This document shows positions 47,788 through 55,672 of a stretch of 64,000 bases of DNA, in pieces. The position numbers and the translations under genes were made by a program. Source of the DNA: an uncultured archaeon (GTDB lineage Archaea; Altiarchaeota; Altiarchaeia; IMC4; SCGC-AAA252-I15); assembly GCA_902384455.1 (NCBI GenBank), contig CABMCB010000071.1, positions 184,196 to 248,195 of the forward strand, given 5' to 3'. The first letter of the stretch is position 1. Each line of letters opens with the position of its first letter. Below the pieces are notes generated by a model, which was not told the DNA's origin, ran no database searches, and was given only the letters and a program-made list of their open reading frames with translations.

Positions 47788-48726
47788 TCAAAGTCGGCCT
47801 CTTCTCTTCAATTCCTCAAGGTCGTACCATGCGAGGAATCCTTGGTTGATGCTTCTGTCGTCAAGCGCGCAGTTGGGCATTCCGCATGCGACTGTTGCTC
47901 CTGCGCGCTGGTGGAAGGCTACGGACGGGTAAAGGGAGATGCCGTGTTCGTCTCTTATCATAAGTTCCTGGTTAAGGTGTCGGGCTGCTTGCGCAGGAGT
48001 CTGATACTTCCCATCTAACCCAACCATTCTCCCGTAAGCAAACGCGTAACGGAAGCCGAGTACGTCGTGCATCTCAGTGAGGGCTGCGGAAGTCAGACTG
48101 TCCACCATACGCATGCCAGCGACCTTATCGTCCACTTCAGTGTACACCAGAAAACCCACCCTGGGATTTTCGCGCGGGCGGAAATCCCGCGCTTCAACGG
48201 TATCCCATCGCGGCGGAACCAAACCTCTTATCCTGTCGTAAACGCGAGACATTGCTTCCGCCGAAGGAACGCCAAGTTCCTCCCTAATCGCCTCAGACAC
48301 CTCTTCAGCCTCCTGCTGCGTTATTCTCCCGGTAGCCTTATGCGTGAGGTGGCCTATTATTTCCCCCTGCTCAATGCGGTGCGTTTCGTCACCCCTGGTG
48401 AACGTCACTGCTTCGCCGCCGTGGCGCAGCAAAATAAGGTGTTCGTCGCCAAGATGGATTCTAACCAGAAACTCGGCAGGTCCCTCAAACCACTCCTTCT
48501 GCCGTAAATGGAGATACCTGTCGAAGTCGGCGTACAGGTTGTTGACGCCCATTATGTCCGGCGGATTCATCCTCATCAAGGGCAATGTAGATTGGGTGAC
48601 TGCTTGCTGCCTAATCAGATTCCGCGCCTGCTCGAAAGGCAGAATCCTAAGGTCCGGCTCGTCAGGCGACTCAAAAGGCAGCTGCCCCTGCGAACCAGAA
48701 GGCGGATTCAGCTTACGCTTCGTCAT
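47788..48726 (-). CDS. Hypothetical protein with GNAT-like C-terminus
   Basis: YAFAYGRM.G...D...YPSVAFHQRAGA....MPN...D...GFLAWY resembles GNAT motifs A and B. Confidence 0.55.
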   Translation of the reverse strand: MTKRKLNPPSGSQGQLPFESPDEPDLRILPFEQARNLIRQQAVTQSTLPLMRMNPPDIMGVNNLYADFDRYLHLRQKEWFEGPAEFLVRIHLGDEHLILLRHGGEAVTFTRGDETHRIEQGEIIGHLTHKATGRITQQEAEEVSEAIREELGVPSAEAMSRVYDRIRGLVPPRWDTVEARDFRPRENPRVGFLVYTEVDDKVAGMRMVDSLTSAALTEMHDVLGFRYAFAYGRMVGLDGKYQTPAQAARHLNQELMIRDEHGISLYPSVAFHQRAGATVACGMPNCALDDRSINQGFLAWYDLEELKRRGRL

Positions 48727-48752
48727 CTAAAATATTCCGCATTACAGACGGA

Positions 48753-49823
48753 TTAATGTTGCCTCTGCTTCCTTGAGCGCCTTAATCCGTCAAGCACCTT
48801 AAGAAAACCGGACGTCTCATCCGTCGTCCCGACGGTCACCCGGATGTACTCCCCCCCAAAATTGGGGAAACGCCCGAAAGAACGCACAACAAAACCCTTC
48901 CCGACGAAAAACCGGTACGCCTCCTCCGCCGTCAAAGGAGAAACATCGGCAAAAACAAAATTCGCCTCAGAAGGATAAGCAGTAAAACACTCAGACAAAC
49001 CGCGCATAAGACGCGGCCTATCCCTGATGATTGCGCCGGTCGTCTTCTTCATGTAAGGGATGTCGGCCAAAGCGGCAAGCGCAGCCTCCGCTGCCAAGTA
49101 ATTTATGTTGAAGGGGGGCTTAGCGGCCATGAGGCACGCAATTATTTCGGGGTTGCTTACCGCGTATCCAATGCGCAGTCCGGCAAGACCGAATGCTTTG
49201 CTTAATGTCCTTAGGACTATGAGGTTGGGGTGCTTTTTGATTAAAGGCACGATTGTTTCCCCGCAGAACTCGAAGTAAGCCTCGTCCACCACAGTGATTT
49301 TGCCCAACTTAAGTATAGAGACCAAGTCCTTCTGCGAAACTACTCCGCCAGTCGGATTGTTGGGTGTGGCAACGAAGATTATGTTAGCTTTGCCGCCAAT
49401 CTTGCCGAAATTTTCGACAGGCAAACTGAAATCAGGCAGCAAATCAACCTCCCAAAACTCAGTACCCAACGTCTGGCTGATAATCCTATACTCACTGAAA
49501 CTGGGGTTAAAACTCAAAGCAGGACCCCTAAACGCCTTAAGAATCAAATCGATGAGCTCGTCGCTGCCGTTGCCCAAAACAACATTATCAACAGAAACAC
49601 CCGCATACTTCGCAACAGCAGACCTAACCTCCTCATCCTTATACGGATAACGATAAACGTCAACAGCCGCCCCCTTAAGAGCCTCAACAACCTTCGGCGA
49701 AGGCCCCCAGTTGTTCTCGTTGCTCGCAAGCTTCACAAGACCCGGCAACGTCACACCCGCCTTATACGGCGTAAGGTGAGGAATCCAAGGCTTAAGAAAT
49801 TCGCCCACGCTCATTTTTGACAC
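48753..49823 (-). CDS. hisC: Histidinol-phosphate aminotransferase
   Basis: KLASNEN, GNGSDELI, PNNPTG, DEAY, RTLSKAFGLAGLRIGY. Confidence 0.97.
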   Translation of the reverse strand: MSKMSVGEFLKPWIPHLTPYKAGVTLPGLVKLASNENNWGPSPKVVEALKGAAVDVYRYPYKDEEVRSAVAKYAGVSVDNVVLGNGSDELIDLILKAFRGPALSFNPSFSEYRIISQTLGTEFWEVDLLPDFSLPVENFGKIGGKANIIFVATPNNPTGGVVSQKDLVSILKLGKITVVDEAYFEFCGETIVPLIKKHPNLIVLRTLSKAFGLAGLRIGYAVSNPEIIACLMAAKPPFNINYLAAEAALAALADIPYMKKTTGAIIRDRPRLMRGLSECFTAYPSEANFVFADVSPLTAEEAYRFFVGKGFVVRSFGRFPNFGGEYIRVTVGTTDETSGFLKVLDGLRRSRKQRQH

Positions 49824-49852
49824 CTCTCCAACTACTTACTCCCGAATCCTTA

Positions 49853-50908
49853 TTAACCCCTAATTACTTTCGCGTAATCCACCATATTTTCAACTAAAAT
49901 AAAACCATTCTCCCTCTCAAACTGAAGCCTAAGCTCCTCACGCGCCTCCTCATCCTTAACATGATACAGGACCCCCACAGGCGTAAGACCCGCAGCCTTA
50001 GCCGCCTTAGCGTCATCCGGCAAATCCCCCACGTAATACGAAGGCTTACTCCCCGTCAACGGATACTTCTTCCTCAAAATCTCGCCGCACCTAGTCAGAA
50101 GAAACGGATTAGGCTTACCCAAACTCACCCGCTCACCCGTCCTCTGATAATGCTCTTCCTCCGCCTTAATGCGATCCTCATCGCAAAGAATGGCATCCTC
50201 ATCAAAAAACTCAATCCAATTATTATTGTCAACCGCATACTTCGCCTCCAAAGCTGGACGACCAGTGACAACCCCAAAAGCATACCTCTCGTTAAGCCTC
50301 CTTAATGTCTCAGAAGAAACAAAAGGCCTCTCCTGCCTGATATGCCCCACCTCCCGGACGAAATAAGGCGGCTTACCGTACGCTTCAACGAAAAACTTCT
50401 CCCCCAAATAATACTCCTGAAAAACACTCTTAACGACCTCAGGAAAAACAAAAGAATTAACCACCCGCAAACCATCCATCCGAATGACATCCGCAACAAC
50501 CTCATCAAGGCCGTCCATTCCGCCGCCTTTCCTTTTGATTGCCGAAGTGAACTTGCTCCAGTCCGGGCTGGAAGAATCCTTTATCGCCCTGCCCAGCTGC
50601 TTCAGCTTAAGCATTCGCTCGTCAAGCCCGCCGGCCGAAAGCTCAGCAACCCACGAAACATCAGCACCGTGAACCACCTTGCCCAGCCAGCATTTTATTA
50701 CCCCCTCAGTCAGCAGCCAGTCGTTGTTGAACCCCCCAGCCAGTTTGAAACCCTGAATGTCAGATGCCTCAATAATCGGGCCCTCACCCACCCCGATGAG
50801 TTTCCTAATGTAATATGTCGCCGTGTCGGCGATAGCCTTCCGGTAAGAATTAGAGACGTCAATCAGCACGCCGTCGACATCCCACAGCAACGCCTGCTCC
50901 TGCATCAC
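49853..50908 (-). CDS. HAD-superfamily hydrolase (TIGR01548-like, possible histidinol-phosphatase)
   Basis: DVDGVLIDVSNSY, GGFNNDW, VTGRP, KPNP, YVGDLPDD; next to hisC. Confidence 0.85.
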   Translation of the reverse strand: MMQEQALLWDVDGVLIDVSNSYRKAIADTATYYIRKLIGVGEGPIIEASDIQGFKLAGGFNNDWLLTEGVIKCWLGKVVHGADVSWVAELSAGGLDERMLKLKQLGRAIKDSSSPDWSKFTSAIKRKGGGMDGLDEVVADVIRMDGLRVVNSFVFPEVVKSVFQEYYLGEKFFVEAYGKPPYFVREVGHIRQERPFVSSETLRRLNERYAFGVVTGRPALEAKYAVDNNNWIEFFDEDAILCDEDRIKAEEEHYQRTGERVSLGKPNPFLLTRCGEILRKKYPLTGSKPSYYVGDLPDDAKAAKAAGLTPVGVLYHVKDEEAREELRLQFERENGFILVENMVDYAKVIRG

Positions 50909-50954
50909 TAAGAAGACTAACGCAAGAACTTAAATCCACGCGACAAAGAACTGG

Positions 50955-51866
50955 ATGATGGACATAACCTTTCTGGGCACAGCAGCAAGCATACCCACGG
51001 CCGAACGCAGCCTCCCAGCAGTCATAATAACCCACCTCAACGAACCATTCCTATTCGACTGCGGAGAAGGAAGCCAACGCCAAATGCGCATAGCAGACAT
51101 AAACTTCATGCGCATAAACCGCATATTCATCACCCACCTACACGCAGACCACTTCATGGGCCTAGGCGGACTAATCCAAAGCATGGACTTCCTAGAACGC
51201 GACAGAGACCTACACATATACGGACCCCGAGGAATCAAAGAAACAGTCAACCACCTGCTATCCGCCGGCAGCTTCGCACTCGACGCATTCACAATCCAAA
51301 TACACGAAGTAGACGAAGGACTAGTCTGGGACGGAGAAAAAATAACAGTCACCGCAGCAAAAACACGCCACAACAAAAACAGCCTCGCATACCGCATAGA
51401 AGAAAAACCCCACAAAACATTCCTCAAACAAAAAGCACTCCAAATGGGCATACCAGAAGGACCCCTATTCTCCAAACTACAAGACGGACACACAATCGAA
51501 GTCGCCGGCAAAAAAATCAAACCAGAAGACGTCCTAAGCGAACCAGTAAAAGGCCGCTCAATAGTCTACACCGGCGACACGGCGCCCGCAGAATCCGTCG
51601 TGGAACTCGCCAAAGACGCCGACATACTAATACACGAAGCAACACTAAGCGCAAACGACATAGACCACGCGCTAGCCGACGCACACAGCACAACAACGCA
51701 GGCCGCCGAAGTCGCGAAGAAGGCGGGTGTGAAAAAGCTGTATCTCACTCACATAAGCCAGCGTTATCCCGACCAGGTGCCTTTGGAGGAGGAAGCCCGC
51801 AAGATTTTCCAAGAGTCATACGTAGCATACGACCTTCTTAAAGTCCACGTGGACAAACATTGGTGA
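50955..51866 (+). CDS. rnz: Ribonuclease Z
   Basis: FLGT, DCGEG, THLHADH, GP exosite, YTGDT, HEAT, THISQRY. Confidence 0.97.
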   Translation: MMDITFLGTAASIPTAERSLPAVIITHLNEPFLFDCGEGSQRQMRIADINFMRINRIFITHLHADHFMGLGGLIQSMDFLERDRDLHIYGPRGIKETVNHLLSAGSFALDAFTIQIHEVDEGLVWDGEKITVTAAKTRHNKNSLAYRIEEKPHKTFLKQKALQMGIPEGPLFSKLQDGHTIEVAGKKIKPEDVLSEPVKGRSIVYTGDTAPAESVVELAKDADILIHEATLSANDIDHALADAHSTTTQAAEVAKKAGVKKLYLTHISQRYPDQVPLEEEARKIFQESYVAYDLLKVHVDKHW

Positions 51867-52105
51867 AACACATGCCCCCTAAAGCATTCGAGAAAAAAAC
51901 AGGAAAAGAAAACGAAGCCCCGCTGTCAGAGAAGCTGTTCCGCATGGAAATCACTTGGGACGAAAGCGGAGAGCCCCGCATACAAACCGAAAGCAGAAAC
52001 GCCCCGGTCCACGACGTGGTGGCGGCGTTAAGCAACACCCTCTACCAGTACAACAAAATCTGGAACGAAGAGGGAGGATTCTACGCCAAACCCAAAAAGA
52101 AGTGA
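51860..52105 (+). CDS. Hypothetical protein
   Basis: Short ORF overlapping the rnz stop; host-like codon usage. Confidence 0.55.
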   Translation: MVKHMPPKAFEKKTGKENEAPLSEKLFRMEITWDESGEPRIQTESRNAPVHDVVAALSNTLYQYNKIWNEEGGFYAKPKKK

Positions 52106-52190
52106 AGGCAGCCTCCTAAACAGGCGGCGCCGAATTACTCCGCCATTTTAAACGCTATAAACCAAAAGCGTAAACACAAGGTGAATTAAA

Positions 52191-52493
52191 ATGGGAATCT
52201 TCGACATATTCAAATCAGGAAAAAGCGGCAGAAGCTCCGGCGCACCTACGCCCCTACCAATCGCGGTACCGTCCCCGCAGGAACTGGCCGGACTACAACC
52301 TCAGGAACAAAGACTACTAATACTCGAAAGAAAACTCGACTCAGTCATCGTCTACCTAACCGAAATAAAAGCCGAAATCCAAACCCTCCAAAACTACCAG
52401 GAAACAACCCGCGCCAAAGCAGACGCCAACGAAAGCTACTACAACAGCCTAGACAGCCGCGTAAGCTACCTGGAATCATACCGACAAGGATAA
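52191..52493 (+). CDS. Hypothetical coiled-coil protein
   Basis: AGGTGA SD; MGIFDIFK start; heptad pattern. Confidence 0.7.
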   Translation: MGIFDIFKSGKSGRSSGAPTPLPIAVPSPQELAGLQPQEQRLLILERKLDSVIVYLTEIKAEIQTLQNYQETTRAKADANESYYNSLDSRVSYLESYRQG

Positions 52494-52507
52494 ACCCCAA
52501 ACCCTGA

Positions 52508-53428
52508 ATGGACGCCAAAAAAACAACGGCCATCGCATTACTGCTAATACTGCTTACTGCCGGATGTATAAACCGCAAACCAGGGCAGGCGCAACAATGC
52601 CCAACCGTCGAGCCGCCCATAAACTGCTCTTTTGGAACTGAAACACTCACAACATCGGACAACTGCACGATAGTCCAATGCAAAAGCGCCTCATCGCAAG
52701 AGCCCTCAACAGACATAATCACATACGGCAACACGCCGGCTGAATACACGTTGTGCCTAAAAGTTGGCGGACGAATAGACCGATACGCAGTGGAAAACAA
52801 AAACCTCACTGCCTGCATATTCCAAGACAACTCATACTGCGAAATAAGGGAACTCTACGCAAACAAATGCGTCCCAAGCCAACACCCTCACCTCTCATAC
52901 GACTACCTCACATCATGCGAACCCTGGAGTACAATCACCCAATGCCCTGACATAGAAGCTCCAGTCTGCGCAAAAACGACACTCTCAGACACATACCCCG
53001 CAGTCACATGGCGGACATACAAAAACCCCTGCGAAGCATGCCTCGACGCAACACCCACCCAAAAAATAATCGGATACCTACAAGGCACCTGCTCAAACAT
53101 AAGCAAAGACAAAACAACATTTGCAGCAGGCGAATGGGCCGCCTACCTCAAGAAGCAATACGGCCAGAAAAACGTCACCAACCTTCACGCAAAAACAGCG
53201 GGCTGCGTAGAATGCTACGACCTGGTATACTCTGTCGGCGAACGCACGATAGCGCTAAGCATACGCGCAGGAAACGTAACTAAAACAACCGACGCCACAG
53301 GCGTAACATGCGAAAACTACTTGCCGGGCGACGATTGGACTGAAGGATGCGGCATCGCCTGCACATGCAACGTGGACGGACACAAAAGCTGCATAACAAA
53401 ACCCTGCGTCAACCTGACGGCCGGCTAG
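52508..53428 (+). CDS. Cys-rich lipoprotein with DUF333-, Kazal- and pacifastin/VWC-like modules
   Basis: Lipobox LTAGC; CLKVGG..CIFQDNSYCE; CPDIEAPVCA..TYKNPCEAC; PGDDWTEGC..CTC..G..SC...C. Confidence 0.7.
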   Translation: MDAKKTTAIALLLILLTAGCINRKPGQAQQCPTVEPPINCSFGTETLTTSDNCTIVQCKSASSQEPSTDIITYGNTPAEYTLCLKVGGRIDRYAVENKNLTACIFQDNSYCEIRELYANKCVPSQHPHLSYDYLTSCEPWSTITQCPDIEAPVCAKTTLSDTYPAVTWRTYKNPCEACLDATPTQKIIGYLQGTCSNISKDKTTFAAGEWAAYLKKQYGQKNVTNLHAKTAGCVECYDLVYSVGERTIALSIRAGNVTKTTDATGVTCENYLPGDDWTEGCGIACTCNVDGHKSCITKPCVNLTAG

Positions 53429-54438
53429 ATTATCGTCCCCCACGTGTGTTCGCAGCTTGCCTGAGCTTTTCCGAAGTCCGAGAGGGTAATCCGCTCTCCG
53501 TCTTTCTCATACTCAAACTCGACAAGCTCGGCCGGAAAACCGTTGTAGTGAAACAGCATGCTGGTTTTAACCACGAAGCGGGCGCGTCCCAGAGTCTGAA
53601 ATACTGCTTTGGCTTTTTCCCTGCCCCGTTTGGCCGTTATAGTGTAGGACGGGGTTTCCTCGTCGGGAGTAACTTCGATTTTGGCGTTCCCGAACTGGGC
53701 TGAAGTTTTGCTTTCATTGTGGCGCAAACCGAACATCCGGATGAAAGGAAAGCGCTTTTGTTTGCTTGCTGCGACCAAGCTGCCTCTGCGGTTAAGTACT
53801 GCGGAACCCAAGTACGGGAAAAAGTAGTCCACATAGTCCCCTCTGTTCCCGTGGGCGACACCCCAGTACCAAGGCGACATTGGGACGTTGACCGTGACCT
53901 TCTGGAAATACGCGGAACCTAAAGCAGGCGTTATAGTTCCCCCGGATTCCAAAGTGCCTTCCGCCTTGAGGTTTATCGCCGTGATTATTCCGTAGCCGTA
54001 TCCTGCCTTTGTTCCGCAGCTTGTCATAATGCCCTGCTGCTTGTTCCAGGGGCTAAGAAGTACGTTGTATCTTTCGCCTGCGCAGTCGGCGTTAAACCTG
54101 AGTCCCTCACCCTCAGTCTTGAAGACGTTTCCTTTGTCGTACTCCATACCGTCATCAAAACCGCGGGCGCTTCCCACTTTGACCGGATGAGTTACGACGC
54201 ATCCGCCAGAGTACGACCAGCCTCCGATGAGGGTGGGAAACACGACGTCTCCCCCGCTTTTTCTGGGCGCAAAAGGCTTGTATCGGACGTCGTTTATTCT
54301 CGCTTCCTTAGCGCGATGCGACCACAAAGTCATCACGTGGCGCGGACGAGGCCCCTCAAGAAAAAGGTGAATCCACCACCAATCCCAACCTAAACGGCTT
54401 CTTGCCGACTCGTCGCAACTCCACAAATTAACGTCCAT
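53425..54438 (-). CDS. Hypothetical Trp-rich beta-barrel protein (tocopherol cyclase/AttH-like), paralog 1
   Basis: GWDWWW, YFQKV, PWYWG; start moved to ATG 54438 because the longer ORF overlaps the tRNA. Confidence 0.7.
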   Translation of the reverse strand: MDVNLWSCDESARSRLGWDWWWIHLFLEGPRPRHVMTLWSHRAKEARINDVRYKPFAPRKSGGDVVFPTLIGGWSYSGGCVVTHPVKVGSARGFDDGMEYDKGNVFKTEGEGLRFNADCAGERYNVLLSPWNKQQGIMTSCGTKAGYGYGIITAINLKAEGTLESGGTITPALGSAYFQKVTVNVPMSPWYWGVAHGNRGDYVDYFFPYLGSAVLNRRGSLVAASKQKRFPFIRMFGLRHNESKTSAQFGNAKIEVTPDEETPSYTITAKRGREKAKAVFQTLGRARFVVKTSMLFHYNGFPAELVEFEYEKDGERITLSDFGKAQASCEHTWGTII

Positions 54439-54460
54439 AAATTTCTTAAAAGGGTTCTGA

Positions 54461-54533
54461 TGGGCCCGCCGTGATTTGAACACGGGTCGCCGGCTCCCAA
54501 AGCCGGTAGGATACCAAACTACCCCACGGGCCC
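54461..54533 (-). tRNA. tRNA-Pro(TGG), intronless, CCA not encoded
   Basis: GGGCCCG/CGGGCCC acceptor stem, anticodon arm CCGGC-TTTGGGA-GCCGG, T arm CCGTG-TTCAAAT-CACGG. Confidence 0.96.
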
Positions 54534-54579
54534 TTGTGGTTTCCTAATACGTCGTCTTGGGAAAAAAGCTTACCGGTTA

Positions 54580-55596
54580 CTAAAGCACAACCCCCCAAGC
54601 GTGCTCACAGCTGGCTTGAACCCCGCCCAAGTCCGCAAGAACAACTTTTTCCCCATCATTGTTATACTCAAAATCAACCAACTCTGCCGGAAACCCATTA
54701 TAAAAAAAAGGCCGCCGACTCTCAATCAGAAAACGAGCTCGGCCTAGCGTCTGGAATACGGCTTTGGCGTGTTCTCTTCCTCGTTGGGCGGTTATCGTGT
54801 AGGCGGGTGTTTCTTCGTGTGGGGTAATTTTTATGCGGGCGTTTTCGAACTGGACTGCTGTGTTGCTTTCGCGGTGCCTGAAACCGAAGCTTCTGCGCAG
54901 TAGTAGGCGCGTCCGGTCGCATGTGGTTGTGAGTTTGTCGTGGCGCTGAAGTAATGCGGCTCCCAAATAAGGGAAGAAGTAGTCGACGTAGTTGTCGCCG
55001 CTTCCGTGGGCGATGCCCCAATACCACGGCGGAAGAGGAACGTTGGTGGTCACCTTCTGCAGGTTGGCCGACCCTGACACTTGCATTGTCTTTCCGTTTA
55101 TTGTGACTGTTCCTTCCGTCTTGAGGCTTTTGCTGTATAGGACGATGAATCCGTGCCCTATTTTTTCGACTACCGTCTGGTTTTTCCATTCGCCGTTCCA
55201 CGGAGTCATTTTGAGGTCGTATTTCTCTTTGTCTCCGTTTACCGTGAATCTGAATCCTCCGTCTTCCTTCTTAAGCAGCCCTCCTTTGGAGTACTCTACG
55301 TTGTCCTTTCTCATGCGGGCATCATATACCTGAAGCATCAAGGGGACGTTCATTTGTCCGCCCGCATAAGACCATCCGCTTGCGAGCATAGGCGCGCTTG
55401 TTTCATCGCCCTCCCTAACCGGGAGAGAAGGCATGTAAGGCAGGCCGTTTATTTTTGCGGGGCTTGCGCGATGCGACCAGACTACCATTGCGTGGCGCGG
55501 ATTAGGGTCCTTTAGGAAAAGCAGCACCCACCACCAGTCGAATCCAAAGCGGCTTTTAGCCGACTCGTCGCAGCTCCAAAACGAAACGTCCATCAT
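54580..55596 (-). CDS. Hypothetical Trp-rich beta-barrel protein, paralog 2
   Basis: Full-length similarity to 53425-54438 (WSCDESA.SR.G.DWWW, QASCEH.WG). Confidence 0.75.
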   Translation of the reverse strand: MMDVSFWSCDESAKSRFGFDWWWVLLFLKDPNPRHAMVVWSHRASPAKINGLPYMPSLPVREGDETSAPMLASGWSYAGGQMNVPLMLQVYDARMRKDNVEYSKGGLLKKEDGGFRFTVNGDKEKYDLKMTPWNGEWKNQTVVEKIGHGFIVLYSKSLKTEGTVTINGKTMQVSGSANLQKVTTNVPLPPWYWGIAHGSGDNYVDYFFPYLGAALLQRHDKLTTTCDRTRLLLRRSFGFRHRESNTAVQFENARIKITPHEETPAYTITAQRGREHAKAVFQTLGRARFLIESRRPFFYNGFPAELVDFEYNNDGEKVVLADLGGVQASCEHAWGVVL

Positions 55597-55672
55597 CCAT
55601 CAAAACAAGTAAGGTAAGTAGAATAAGTCGTAGGCATTTAATTACCTTCTGCTTTTCAGCCTACTACGCCAT

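Noticed and set aside
54439-54483. N-terminal extension MFKSRRAHQ of the 352-aa ORF
   Set aside because: It overlaps the tRNA-Pro 3' end, and the paralog begins at MDV
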